Shown: piece by piece, positions 25,317-38,651 of the stretch | Position numbering within the stretch: the first letter of the stretch is position 1 | Layout of the letters: every line of letters begins with the position of its first letter | Assembly: GCF_018350175.1 (NCBI RefSeq) | Contig: NC_058368.1 | Location: 74,774,001-74,838,000 of the forward strand | Direction: 5' to 3' | Source of the DNA: Felis catus | Lineage: Eukaryota | Length of the DNA: 64,000 nt | Notes under the pieces: model-generated | Told to the model about the DNA's origin: nothing | What the model saw: only the letters and a program-made list of their open reading frames with translations | Databases searched by the model: none | Position numbers and translations under genes: made by a program

Positions 25317-27400
25317 ACTGATCACATCAAGGTTGATATTTCCATATATAGGTCATATAAAAACTGCAAGCAAAAGCAAGTTTGAAATTACATTTGTACG
25401 ATTACTTGAGGAACATAATTTTACTAAATCAATAAATTCTAACCACTCTTCTGTGCCAACACCTTTGTGGGATAGGCTACATTTTCATCAGTAAGATTGG
25501 CAGTCTCTAGTAGTGTTTGTGATAAAAGAAAATGTTGGAATGGCAATGCTGAATTGGTTGAGTTAAATAATGTTCAAGGCTCGCCTAACTCTAAAATGTG
25601 CAGATTCATACAAGTGTCCTTCTCTAAAATAGGACACATCTGTCTAATTTATTTTCCCAAAGAGAGGAACTAAGGATGCTAATAACAGGAATTCATTTTA
25701 CATGACTTGGCAAGAGAGTAGAGCAAAGATATTTGCAGGAGACTGTGGATGCCGGAACCAAGGGAGACAGCCACTTGTGGCAAAGTTGAGTGAAAAGGTG
25801 GGCAGATTGACAAAGTAAATTGTCATTCTCAAATGGGTAGGCAGAGAGCAAGCCTCTGTGTAGAATCCCAATGGATGACCGGAAAGAAGTCCACAGAACA
25901 ACTGAGGATCTTCTAGGATCTTCTAGAATTTCTGGAATTCTAAGAGTTCCTGCTGTGGAACAGAAGGGTATTACTAGGGGGTGTAAAACCAAAGGCAGTA
26001 ACATGATGCAATCATCATAGTTATGACCTTATTCATGAAAATCCTTAGCTTTATACACAAATGTTTTGCCTCCAGGACAATATGTTGCTTTTGTTTTTGT
26101 TTTTGCTTTTCAGCTTGGTGGTTTCCTCTTTTTTGATGTACCTTCCTCCATTCCCCCTATGTCAGTCCCTTCCATTTACACCCAAAACAGAAGATAGTGA
26201 AAGGTAGGGGATGTTAGGGTTCTGAGCCCTTTGGGCAGTTAGAAAGGGAAAGGAAACAAAACCATTCCTGGATATGACGGAGACTGACAATCAAGAAGTC
26301 TAAAGCAGAGTGGGGAAGGTCGTAAGAGACAGGGGCGAAAGGAGAGGCCACCTCCCCCAATAAGTCTCTTGTTAAGAGGGGCTGGAGGAAAGCATCAAAG
26401 GTTCAGAAGTACAGGTCTTAAAGAAGGGAGGTGCTGATTGAGCCCGAAAGAGGAGTAGGTCAAGGAAGGGGGGCACCTCTCTCTCTGTTGAACGGGACCC
26501 CCACCACAGGGGCAGCAGCTACACGGACGGTAGACACTTTCGTTCGCTGCAGGCGATGCACGGAAAGAAGTCTTCATGGTGTTATCGGTACAGCTGACCC
26601 ACCATGGCGCTGGGGGGTGAAAAGACATGGTTGACAAAAACAAGGCATCCTCGGCTCAGAGATGAATTAGCTTCCAGATCAAGAAGTAGAACTGACCACT
26701 GTGAGATCAGAAGGCACCAGATATTTCTTTGTTGTCCAGATCTCCTATCTGAGCTTTGGGAGCGTTTCCTACTATCAACTGGAACCCAGTCTGGGCATTT
26801 CTTTCTTTCAGATATTCTCACCCTCCAAGTAGCACTTCTTGCATGGATGCCTCCAATTTATGCTCAAACTTCATCCTTCCAGGAACCAGGCTGCACCCGG
26901 CTGCACCAGGCTGGATTGGCCGGGCTCAGGGATCCAGAGGCGGAGGGGGGGGGTAGTGGTTGGGATAGTGGGGAGGCCCTACATAATACATTTCTAAGGT
27001 CACTGCAAATTGCTCCTCGTCACACCCCAAAGGAAAATTCTATGTTAAAAAAAATGCATTGTGTGGTACAATCAAGAGACACCATTTTGAGAACAGTCCC
27101 AAAAGACAGAGCTATTGATATGAAAGCTCTTGGTAGACACAAGAAGACAGAGCTAGTAAAATAATATGAATAACTTATTTTTTTTCATTTATGAGACATT
27201 TGACAGTAAGTTGCTTACTTTAAAAATTACCTTGAAAATGTAAAAATAAATAAATAAGTAAATAAAAAGGAAAAGTAGCTGAAAAGAGTCATCATTTTTA
27301 CCACACTGGAAAAAAACCCGAGTGAATTTAAATTGTTCACTGGCACTTATGTGTGAGTGCTATGGGAGAGGCTCACAGAGAGTAGAAAATACGATATTCA

Positions 27401-27610
27401 TGTGGCGCCTGGGTGGCTCATTCAGTTAAGCTTCCAACTTTGGTTCAGGTCACAGTCTCGTGGTCTTTGAGCTGAAGTCCTACACTGGGTTCTGTGCTGA
27501 CAGCTTCAGAGCATGGAGCCTGCTTGGGATTCTATGTCTCACCTTTCTCTCTGTCCCTCTCCTGCTCTCTCTCTCTCTCTCAAAAATAAACATTAAAAAA
27601 TTAAAAAAAA
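27401..27610 (+). mobile_element. CanSINE (older subfamily)
   Basis: Imperfect TSD gaaaata(c/t)g(a/g)tattcat. Confidence 0.95.
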
Positions 27611-27702
27611 GAAAATATGGTATTCATTTTTCTGTTGTTTGTAGTGTAGCCATCAAAGAAATAGGGACTAAAAGTGAGTCAGAAGAAAGAAGAACATGCT
27701 AT

Positions 27703-27735
27703 TTCATTCATTCATTCATTCATTCATTCATTCAC
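27703..27735. repeat. (TTCA)n repeat, possibly an L2 tail
   Basis: Read directly from the sequence. Confidence 0.85.
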
Positions 27736-27954
27736 ATTTGTTAGTGCTCCTTATGTGTAAGTCGTATCCATTTGAGGTGAGGTTTTATTGCTTTGATTTG
27801 TTTGTGTTTTGTTTTAGTTTGAGATTTTTTCTTCCTTCTTTTCTTTCTTTTTCTTTTTTCCATCCTTGCTTCTTTCCTCCCTCCTTTCCTTCCTAGAAAT
27901 GTTTTCTTGTTTATACCTTCCTTATAAAAATATAGTTTTCACTAAAAGCAAATT

Positions 27955-28530
27955 ATAAGGGGACAAGAATATACAATGGGAAAAAGAAAATCTCTTTCAC
28001 CAATGGTGTTAAGAAAACAGACAGCCACATGCAAAAAAACTGAAACTGGACCCAAAATAAACTCAAAATAGATTTAAAGACCTAAATGTGAGACTTGAAA
28101 CCATAACATTTCTGGAAGAAAACAGACAGTAATTTCTTTAATATCATCCATGGAAATATTTTTCTAGATATGTCTTCTCTGGCAAGGGAAACAAAAGCAA
28201 AATTAAACGATTGGGACTACATGAAAAGAAAACGCTCTTACACAGCAAAGGAAACCATCAACAAAACCATGAGGCAACCTACCAAGTAGAAGAATACATT
28301 TGTAAATGATATATCCCAAAAGGGGTTAATATCCAAAATATATAAAGAACTTATACAACTCAATACTCTCCCCAAAAATTCCAATTAAAATGGGCAGAGA
28401 ATATGAATAGACATTTTTCCAAAGAAGAAATACAGATGGCTAACAACACATGAGAGGATGCTCAATCATCAGGAAAATGCAAATCAAAACTTCAATAAAT
28501 ATCACTTACCCAATGAGAAGGGCTGAAATT

Positions 28531-28577
<47 letters not shown>

Positions 28578-29205
28578 ACTATATATATATATAGGAAGTA
28601 TTGACAAGGATGTGGAGAAAAAGAAACTCTCCTTCACTGTCACTGGGAAGGCAAATTGATGCAGCCACTGTGGAAACCAGTATGGAATTTCCTCAAAAAA
28701 CTAAAATTAGACTTACCTTAAGATCTAGTTATTCCATTCTTAGGTATTTACCCAAAGAACACAAAAAACACTAATTCAAAAAGTTCCACGTCCCTCTATA
28801 TTTACTGCAACATTATTTACAATGGGCAATATACAGAAGCAACCCAAGTGTCATCCATAGATGAACGGATAAAGAAGATGCGGTGTATATAAATATATAG
28901 AAGAATTTACTCAGCCATAAAAAAAGAATGGAATCTTGCCATTTTTGCAACCACACCCATGGACCTAGAGGATATAACGGTAACTGAAAGAAGTCAGCCA
29001 GAAGAAGATGGATGTCATATGATTTCGCACCTATATGGAATTTATGAAACAAAGCAAACAAACAAATACAGGTGGAAAATGGGAAACAAACACACACACA
29101 CACAAAACAGATTCTTAAATGCAGAGAACAAACTGGTGGTTGCCAGAAGGGGTGGGGGGTGCTTATGGGGGCTGAGTGAAATAGATACAGAGGAACGAGA
29201 GTAAC
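27955..29205 (+). mobile_element. Carnivore L1: decayed ORF2 C-terminus plus 3'UTR
   Basis: aatatacaatgggaaaaaga, aaactggacc, agacatttttccaaagaag, gcagccactgtggaaa, tccatagatgaacggataaagaag; stops and frameshifts; internal (CA)n at ~28534-28580. Confidence 0.95.
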
Positions 29206-29297
29206 AGCAACCAAAAGCAAATAATATTAAAAACATATCTTTGGCATTTTATTTTTGTTTGAAAAATTATTTCCATTGGATTGCTCATGGTGATATT

Positions 29298-29528
29298 CTT
29301 TTTTTATTTTATTTTTAACGTTTTTATTTACTTTTGAGACAGAGTAAGACAGAGCATGAACGGGGAAGGGGCAGAGAGAGAGGGAGACACACAATCGGAA
29401 GCAGGCTCCAGGCTCTGAGCCATCAGCCCAGAGCCCGACGCGGGGCTCAGGGCTCGAACTCACGGACCGTGAGATCGTGACCTGAGCCGAAGTCGGCCGC
29501 CTAACCGACTGAGCCACCCAGGCGCCCC
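29298..29528 (-). mobile_element. CanSINE (SINEC_Fc)
   Basis: Imperfect TSD gctca(tg/ca)gtgatattctt; internal 7-bp duplication gggctca. Confidence 0.96.
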
Positions 29529-29948
29529 GCTCACAGTGATATTCTTAAAGATGTAAACAAGTAATTTTGTACTCTTATTTGTTTTCATCCCTCCTCCACT
29601 TATAAGCAGTAACGCGTCTCTCAGTATGTTTGCAGGGTATGTGCACGTGTGTGTTTGCATATGTGTGTGTGAAAGGGTGTCTATGTGGGTGTGCAAGTGC
29701 GTTAGAAGCAGAGGTCACAGAACCAACCGGACCTTGGTTTCTTAAATTCAGTATCTATTAAAATTCTCAAAAAAAAAAAATTATCAATGATATCAGGAGA
29801 TCCTTGGACATTACATTTTAAATAATTCTTGAATGCTTAAAAACATTATTTACGATCATCATGAGACTTTATGTCTGAAAAAAATTGACAAATCTAACAA
29901 AATTGTTTTCATTATTTTTACTACCACAAATTAAAACCTATCAAAGTA

Positions 29949-30160
29949 GGGGCACCTGGGTGGCTCAGTCGGTTAAGCGTCTGACTTCAGTTCAGGTCAT
30001 GATCTCACAGTTCGTTCAAGCCCCGCTTGGGGCTCTGTGCTGACAGCTCAGAGCTCAGACCCCAGAGCCTACGTCAGATCCTGTGTCTCCCTCTCTCTCT
30101 GCCCCTCCCCTGCTCACGCTCTGTCTCTCTCTCCCTCAAAATAAATAAACATTAAAAAAA
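29949..30160 (+). mobile_element. CanSINE
   Basis: Full body; imperfect TSD ctatcaa(a/g)gta. Confidence 0.95.
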
Positions 30161-30244
30161 ACTATCAAGGTATATGGGATTTTTAAAAAATTTTCCCACC
30201 CAAGTGTACATATAATTTTATATTCTAAATTTTATATTAATATT

Positions 30245-30363
30245 TCAGTAGATTTTTTTAGAGCTGTTTTAGTTTCATGGCAAAATTGAGCAGAAGATTC
30301 AGAGATTTCCTATATTTCCCTCAGTGCTACTCATGCATACCCTCCATCATCCACTTTCCCCAG
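30245..30363 (-). mobile_element. L1MA/MB 3' terminal fragment
   Basis: agagctgttttagtttcatggcaaaattgagcagaagattcagagatttcc. Confidence 0.75.
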
Positions 30364-31332
30364 AATTTTAAAGTTTAATGTTATATCATAAATATTAAAA
30401 TAATTTTCTGTTGCATTTTAATTATTTTAATAGAAGCATGCTCTTACACTAACTTTTGCACTATAAACTATTAAATTAATCCTTTATTTTTATGTGAGAA
30501 TTTTGCTCTCATCAATAATCATCACTTTTGACATAATATTTTATTTTGACAAATAGTTTAGTATTGTCTTACTAAACTATTTCATAGGAATAAATTCTTA
30601 GGAGTTTATACATGGTTCAGGCTATGGTGAGCATCTATTTAACTCCTTTATGTGTTTAGTTTTCACAAAAGGATTCTATGACTATACAGTGGGGCCTCCT
30701 CTCAGCATACGCAGCATTTTCTTTCTAGGGCCATAAAGTAATTTTAAGTGTGGCTAATTTAATAGATAATGTGGTCTTTTTAAGTGCATTTCAATTGTTA
30801 TATCTCTAATATTTTATTAAGAGAAACCGTTTCCCAAATGTTACATTATTTAATTGAAAAAAAAAACCAAGCAGAACAACTTAGACCTTCAGAGGTTTTA
30901 AACGTTAGTAAACTCTGTGTACGTATAGATGAGTCTGTTATGCTCTTAAATAATACATATTATTTGTACAAGATAGGAATTTAAATATCAAAAGCCAATG
31001 TAGACTTTGGAGTGGAGACAGAAGAACCAGAAATGCAATGCAGGATTAACTGGGGTCTACTGAAGACAGAAAACAACTTTGGCCTCAATGAAAGATTCAT
31101 ATTTACTAAAAGATTCAATGAAGTTTCTAAAACACTCATAATTAACTTAATTTAGCATATCATTTCCTTGCCTTTTCCTTCATAGTTATGTGCTCTCCTG
31201 AACCTCTGGGTGGCTTTATACTTGTTCTGTCATTTTGAACGTCCTGCTTTAATCCACGTGGCTTTTCATCGGGTGGCCCTCAAATTAACACAAAAATAGT
31301 ACCATCAAGTTTAAGAACAATAAATGCAAAAT

Positions 31333-31538
31333 TGGGCACCTGGGTGGCTCAGTCAGTTAAGCGTCTGACTCTTGAGTTCGGTTAAGGTCATGATCCCAGG
31401 ATCCTGAGATTGAATCCCATGTCCAGCTGTCCAATGACAGCATGGAGTCTGCTTGGGATTCTCTCTCACCATCTCTCACTACCCTTCCCCTGCTTGCGGA
31501 CTCTCTCTCTCTCTCCAAATAAATAAACATTTAAAAAA
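31333..31538 (+). mobile_element. CanSINE (older subfamily)
   Basis: Head, CT linker, AATAAA tail. Confidence 0.93.
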
Positions 31539-31827
31539 GGCAAAGCCTTACCTTGAACTACGTAAGAAATGCTTCAGACTAGAAAGTTGTTTTGTAATTA
31601 GTCAGTGGCACACAGACGAAAACAGTGATGTGACATTACAGTTTCTTGAAGCAACATTTATAAACAATGCGGCCATAATTATAGTGGTGATCAAGAAAAA
31701 AAGAGGATCGCACAAGTCATGAGAGTGACAAGGGTAACATCAGAAGAACATCATCGATAACTCTTAATGGTTTCAGAAAGCTATTGAATTTTTTTATTAG
31801 TATATATTATAAAGCTGAATGAGATTT

Positions 31828-32043
31828 AAAAAATTTTTTTAACGTTTATTTATTTTTGAGACAGAGAGAGACACAGCATGAACGGGGGAGGGGCAGAGAG
31901 AGAGGGAGACACAGAATCGGAAGCAGGCTCCAGGCTCTGAGCCATCAGCCCAGAGCCCAATGCGGGGCTCGAACTCGCGGACCGTGAGATTGTGACCTGA
32001 GCTGAGGTCGGACGCTTAACCGACTGAGCCACCCAGTCGCCCC
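31828..32043 (-). mobile_element. CanSINE (SINEC_Fc)
   Basis: Antisense full body. Confidence 0.96.
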
Positions 32044-32390
32044 GTGATTTTAAAGTATTTTAGGGAAGTTGGGTTTCTGCTTAGGAGAATGCTGATTTGT
32101 TTAATTATTTTTAATTATGTTTAATTTGTGTAATTATCTCGAGTTTATGTCATAAAAGAAATAGCCAACTTATATTTTAATTGTATGCATAAAAATATAA
32201 TATATATATTATATGAAACTATTGACATTGATTTTGACTGCCAGTGTGTTACAAAAGTATCAAAGAAAGCTAAATCCGATGTCCTGTTTTATAGACTTTC
32301 TCACAAGACTCAACACCAATTAGGAAAAGGCCAAACGGAAAATGATTCTCTTCAACCTGCACTGAGGTTCATTAAATTACTTTGGTGGAG

Positions 32391-32610
32391 GGGCGCCTGG
32401 GTGGCTCAGTCGGTTAAGCGTCCGACTTCGCTCAGGTCATGATCTCACGGTCCGTGGGTTCGAGCCCCGCGTTGGGCTCTGGGCTGACAGCTCAGAGCCT
32501 GGAGCCTGTTTCGGATTCTGTGTCTCCCTCTTTCTCTGACCCTCCCCTATTCATGCTCTCTCTCTGTCTCAAAAATAAATAAACGTTAAAATAAAAAAAT
32601 TTAAAAAAAA
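32391..32610 (+). mobile_element. CanSINE (SINEC_Fc)
   Basis: TSD taaattactttggtggag. Confidence 0.97.
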
Positions 32611-34559
32611 TAAATTACTTTGGTGGAGTCAAGGAAGGAGAGAATTATGAAGCATGGGCATCTTGAGGGTTAATGTATTCTTTTTACTATCCTTGGCTTT
32701 TCACTTCTCCTCATTAGCCAAAGTGATTCAGTTAATGTCAAGAGTTAGGAAGGAACAAGCTAGAACATTCAAGGACGGGTGGTTTAATATGGGGCTATCT
32801 GTCTGTTATTTGTCAAATTCTTGCCTCAGTCAATATAAACCATATGCATGAATAATGTCTAATATCTTGCATTGCTTTATTCTAAAGTATCAGATATGTT
32901 TGTTCATTCTTACAAGCATATGTTCAAGTTTAACAGATTATAATGTGACTCTTGTGTGGGATGTTCAAAAAAGCACCCAGGCTAGCTGTTCAAGTTTAGA
33001 CCTAATTGGTGTGTCACGTTTTACCTTTTCCAGAGAGCCCTATAACCCACCTTGGGCATTACACAATTATAGAGGGGCTGTTCTATAAGACAAGACAAAG
33101 CACACTGAGGGGAGAGATGGGGAATAGAAGCGGATGCCCTAGGACCATTTCTTGGGGAATACACATGGTTAAGAGACCAAAAAGTGTAAAGCGAATGAAA
33201 GACACAAGAGTCAGGAAGCGCTGGAGATAAGGGGAAGGAATAGGATTACTTCTAGCGACAATAGGGTAGAGGGTAGCAAAATCCGGTCATGATGCTCTTT
33301 AAGAATCGAAAGGGTTATCTTGCACAGAATGCTGACGTTAGGCAAGAATACAAGGAATCTTAGCACCAAGGCTCTACTGATAGACCCACAGGTCAGGGCC
33401 CCAGAGTAAGTCATAGCGGTTTGTCATAAGGAGATGATCAGAAAGATACGAGTGATCAGAAAGATACGAGGAAATAAACAAGTACGTAGGGCTGTTCTAT
33501 AGTCTCCACGGCTAAAGGCCACCAGGAACCAGATTGAATGCAAAAGCTCCGAGAAACGTCAAGTAGGTGTAAATTAAGATGACCAGCTTTGTTTATTATT
33601 CTTGGTCCTCTGCCCTATTATAAATACACACTGCAGACCCATCTTTCTAGAAGATAAATTAATTACTTGACTGTTTCATATTTGACCATATCTGGGAAAA
33701 TAAAGATTATCTCCAAAAAGCTTTCCTAACAAATTGGTACAGTATGAAATAAAAATCAAAAGAAAGTCAACATTTTTTTTTCCTATTCCTTTGATGGAGA
33801 GAGAGGGCAAAAAAAACAAGGCTTTGACAAAGAAATGCTTTTACTGTTCAAAGGGGATTATTTAGGAAACTGCGCACATTAGCATCTGATGCCTGAGCTA
33901 CCCTTTCAAAGTGAAATTAAGCTGAGTAATAATGATCTCCTCCCTTCTGACTTCTTTAAATAAATACATTCGAACATAAAACCTTGCATTGTGGCATGAG
34001 GCTTACAGCTTCTTTTACCTTTAATGAGACCAGGCCAAGCCAAGGGGGTAAGAACGATATGTTAATGAGAGTAGGAAGCCCCTGGCAGTCCCAGGATGTA
34101 AAGAACTTTTATTCTTCGTGACTGTAGAGAGTTTCCTTCACTTGTTAAACTCCGTGCATTTTTGTAGCACATAAAAGACCATATGCACTTGAAATTGTAA
34201 AGGCACTTTGACTTGGGTATTTATACTGCTTCGCCAGAAATTTACATTTCCTTAAGGTAGACTCAGCCCTCAGGGATCTCCTCCTCTGTCTCTCAGAGTG
34301 TAAGTTCAAAGACCTTCTTTGATCAGCTCCTCTCCCTCTGACACCTTTGCTCCCTGGCGCTCCCCTCATTCCTGTCCCCTACAGACTCATTTATTCCCCT
34401 CCTTTCCTTGAGAACTTTACCACCTAGATTTGAGTCTCTGTCCCCAACCCACGTTCTGCTTGCTTTATTTCAACCACTCAAACCAGACATCTCATGTTAT
34501 TGTTACATAAAACTAATGTTCACTTACATTTACACAGACGGTTAAGTTAAAAAAGAAAT

Positions 34560-35520
34560 CACCAGTGTCTTTTGTGTCAAAACTACATTCTGAAATCATT
34601 TCCCCTCTTTCTGAAATGTGCCTTCACAACCTCCTTCAGTGAAAGTATGCTGGTGACAAGACACTTTTGGGTTTCAGGGACAAAAACTATTAGATATCAT
34701 TCCTGATTGGAATTTTGAATTTTTCAGTTGATGACTATTTTCTCTTAGAACATTCAAATGACTATTTTACTGTTTCCCTGCATTTGTTGATCCTGTCATT
34801 CAACTGTCAGCCTCATTGTTCTTTGTAGGTGATCTGTCTTTTCTCCGCGAGTGGTTTTAATTTATTTTCTTTTTCTTTGAGGTTCTTTCATTTCAATGTG
34901 AAATGTCGAAGTGTGGATTTCCTTTTACTTGCATTTTCCATGCTTCCTGAATCTGAGGTTTGTGGTCTCCCTCTCTGTAAAACTCTCAGACGCTATTTCT
35001 TTGAATAGTGCCTCTTTTTAAATGTATTTCCCCTCTCTCCTTGTGGAAAGTTAATGAAGTCTTTATTAGGATCTTTCTATTTTCTATATAATGTTTAGCA
35101 TTTCTCTCTAAGCCTTTTCTCCCTGGACTGTATTCTGATGGCTTTGGGGATCTCTCTCACTCTCTTGTGTCTCATCTTGAGTTTCAAATTTCCAATCATA
35201 GTTCTCATTTATAGATATTCTTTTCATTATTTTTTTTTAAACCTGTTGGTTTATTTCTTCAATCTTGCTCAAATGTTCACTATGGTTTTCTCAAAAACAT
35301 GTTAAATGTGCTTGTTTTGTGTTTTGTGACTGCTAACTCCCAAATCTGAAGCCTGTGTGGGTGTGATCCTCACTCCATTGTAGATACCACAACTTTGTGG
35401 GTACTCACCCATGACACCACCTAGTTGCCCCAGGGTGTTTTCTCATCTTTGCTGGGAGCCCCACGTCTTCCCACCATCTCTGCGAAAATTCTTGGAGATC
35501 CTAGGTTGAAGTTTGTGTGT
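34560..35520 (-). mobile_element. Old L1ME-like fragment
   Basis: T-rich decayed sequence with ttctttgtaggtgatctgtcttttct and gtgtggatttccttttacttg, typical of antisense L1ME. Confidence 0.55.
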
Positions 35521-36067
35521 TTGTCTTTCAGAGAGGAGTGTCTACACCCCTGAACATGCCTGACGGTAGGTAATAACAACCAGAGCCTCCTATAAATTAA
35601 GTAACTTTCTTGGGATTCTCGGAATATACAGGTGACGTGAATTTATACCTCAAAACCACATGGGGGGGTGTATTTGCAATTTACAATGTTTTCCCCTTCT
35701 CGCTAGAACTAAGGTTTAATATAATGAAGTATGCTTTTTGCCTTTTCTCTTGACAGTGTATGTGTTCATTTTTCACCTTTAAGTATGCGTATCATCGTTA
35801 GGACCTCGGTTCCATGCAGCCAACCCCGCCGTCTTCCCCATCCTCTTTGTAAACACCATTGCCACTTCCGTGAGCTAGAAGACTCATCCATCAGTGACCC
35901 CTGTAATTCCCTCATTTTCCCACATCCCTTGACTGTGATATGGTTTGCATTTTAGCCCCTAGATAGGGGTATATCTCAATTTACCAAATGCAAACAAGTC
36001 TAGAGCACAGGGCTGATTTGCTTCTGGATGATCCAGTCCTGCCTATATGCTTCTTCTACAGATCTGT

Positions 36068-36260
36068 ATTTTTTACTTTTATTTTTTTAAGCTTTATTTG
36101 AGAGAGGGAGAAGGGAGGGACAGAGAAAGAGAATTCCAAGCAGGCTCCACGCTGTCAGCGCAGAGCCCGACCTGGGGCTCAATCTCACAAACTGTGAGAT
36201 CGTGACCTGAGCTGAAATCAAGAGTTGGACGCTTAACCGATTGAGCCACCCAGGTGCCCC
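36068..36260 (-). mobile_element. CanSINE (older subfamily)
   Basis: Antisense full body. Confidence 0.95.
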
Positions 36261-36637
36261 TCCATAAATGTGTATCATGAGCAAAAGGTTTTGAAATGAA
36301 TAGATATATGAATAGTGAAGTCCAATAAGCCAGAAGTTTCTGATGTCTACAACCGATCTCAGTGGTTTGTTCATGATGAAATATAGGATTGTATCCTCTG
36401 CCAAAGATATAATATAAATATCTACTTATATGGTTCATTGAAGGCATAAGTGCCCCATCATTTCTGAAACTTTTATTATTGCCATGGTACACTTGGCATT
36501 AACATAAAAGTTATGTTGCAATCATGCAACCGTGATGCTATTAATTTATTCCCTGTCCCTTGCAGCTTTTACCACCACCAACCATAAAGCCAGTTGAGAC
36601 TCTATTCTGGCACAAAATATGCATTTATGAAGCACAT

Positions 36638-36681
<44 letters not shown>

Positions 36682-36686
36682 TTTTT
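36638..36686. repeat. (ATTT)n microsatellite
   Basis: Read directly from the sequence. Confidence 0.95.
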
Positions 36687-36766
36687 TGCTCATAAGCCAT
36701 ATCTATTCTATTCAGGGCATGCGCAGCATATCTCTACAGTTACATTTCAACCTAAAAGGGAAATTC

Positions 36767-36998
36767 TTTTTTTTTTTTTTTAAATTTTCTTTCAACGTTT
36801 TTTATTTATTTTTGGGACAGAGAGAGACAGAGCATGAACGGGGGAGGGGCAGAGAGAGAGGGAGACACAGAATCGGAAACAGGCTCCAGGCTCCGAGCCA
36901 TCAGCCCAGAGCCCGACGCGGGGCTCAAACTCACGGACCGCAAGATCGTGACCTGGCTGAAGTCGGATGCTTAACCGACTGTGCCACCCAGGCGCCCC
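36767..36998 (-). mobile_element. Young CanSINE (CAGCCAGGTCACG variant)
   Basis: TSD cctaaaagggaaattctt. Confidence 0.97.
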
Positions 36999-37269
36999 TA
37001 AAAGGGAAATTCTTAAATATTAAAAAGAATTTTGTTGTGGTGGTTGTACAATGAAGTAGCGACTGAACTTTTCCTTTACAACTAAAGCCATTACGGCATC
37101 CCTATGTTTAGGGTCAGATTCAGATATATTGCACGATAGTTTGTTCACATTAGGAATGAGCATTTTGGTTACTATTAAGCCGTGGAGACACCACCCCTAC
37201 CACTCTCGAGTTGGAGAGTCTCCACCTATATTCTTCGCATCCTAAGTCGTGCTAAGAGCACCGTATCTC

Positions 37270-37432
37270 TAGGAACGCGGGCCTCAGGATCCCATTGCCT
37301 GGACCTCTCACCCATTACTTTTACCCAGTTACTATTCATTCCTTGTAAAATGGGACAGTACAGGAACCTCGAGAGTACTCATAAATTTTAACTGAGTCCC
37401 TACATGTACGATGCTCAGAAGTTGTCTAGGAC
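37270..37432 (+). mobile_element. MIR fragment
   Basis: ttccttgtaaaatgggacagtacaggaacct MIR core. Confidence 0.6.
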
Positions 37433-37435
37433 TGA

Positions 37436-37657
37436 GGACTGCCTGGGTGGCTCAGTCGGCTAAGCATAGGACTTTGGCTCAGGTCACGATCCCGCAGTTC
37501 ATGAGTTCAAGCCCCGTGTTGGGCTCTGTGCTGACAGCTCGGAGCCTGGAGCCTGCTTCGGATTCTGTGTCTCCCTCTCTCTCTGCCCCTCCCCCACTCG
37601 TGTTCCATTTCTCTCTCTCTCAAAAATGAATAAATGGTTTTTAAAAAAAATTAAAAG
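37436..37657 (+). mobile_element. CanSINE
   Basis: TSD aagttgtctag. Confidence 0.95.
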
Positions 37658-37912
37658 AAAAGTTGTCTAGCACTGAAAAAAAATTCTTAATACATGACCA
37701 GCAATAGCAATGGTAATATCTTAATTCCCAAAGATTCCAGACTTAACATTTCAGGTCTCAGTGATTCTGCAAGGTTCTGAATGTGTGACTTTCCTCTGCA
37801 TCCTTTTATTTTTCTCTAATATGACTGCACCTAAGGTAAATACTGCTTGTGCAATATTTTCCTCTGATGCCCTGTACTGTCATCTTTTGTCTATCAGCGC
37901 ACATCCATATGC

Positions 37913-38110
37913 CTTTATTACTTATCTATTGCTGTAGAAGAAATGACTGCAAAATTTGTGGCTTCCATTTATTATCTCAGAATTTCGATCGGTCAGGGAT
38001 CCAGGTATGGCTTAGATCCTTAGCTCCAAGATCTCTCACAACGGTGCAAGCAAGGTCTTGACCAGGACTGGAGTCCTCTCGGAAAGTTCATCTGGGAAGG
38101 GAGCTTCTTC
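37913..38110 (-). mobile_element. MaLR LTR fragment (MLT1-like)
   Basis: tatctattgctgtag...gtggcttccatttattatctcag...ggtcagggatccagg. Confidence 0.7.
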
Positions 38111-38221
38111 TCTCTGTCTAGCAACCTATAATTTTTGTTGAATATCAGATGTGTCTTCTAGTCCTCTGAAAACTGCATTCTCATTTTGACATTTTTTTTC
38201 TTTTTACCATTATTTATTTTT

Positions 38222-38446
38222 TATTTAAAAAAAATTTTTTTTTCAACGTTTATTTATTTTTGGGACAGAGAGAGACAGAGCATGAACGGGGGAGGGGCAG
38301 AGAGAGAGGGAGACACAGAATCGGAAACAGGCTCCAGGCTCCGAGCCATCAGCCCAGAGCCTGACGCGGGGCTCGAACTCACGGGCCGTGAGATCGTGAC
38401 CTGGCTGAAGTCGGACGCTTAACCGACTGCGCCACCCAGGCGCCCC
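38222..38446 (-). mobile_element. Young CanSINE nested in the tail of an older SINE
   Basis: TSD ccattatttattttt on both sides. Confidence 0.96.
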
Positions 38447-38651
38447 CCATTATTTATTTTTGAAAGAGAGAGTGAGAGACAGAACGTGAGTCAGGGAGGG
38501 GCAGAAGGAGAGGGAGACACAGAATCTGAAGCAGGTTCCAGGTTCCAAACTGTCAGCACAGAGCAGGACACAGGGCTCGAACTCATGAACTGTGAGATTA
38601 TGACCTGAACTGAAGGCATAACCTTAACTGACTGAGCCACGCAGGCGCCCC
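38447..38651 (-). mobile_element. Older CanSINE (host)
   Basis: Diverged body, head ends GCAGGCGCCCC. Confidence 0.94.

Noticed and set aside
26604..27164. 186-aa ORF, the longest in the track
   Set aside because: No recognisable domain, runs through a G-run and probable old-repeat sequence; consistent with a chance ORF in a GC-richer patch.
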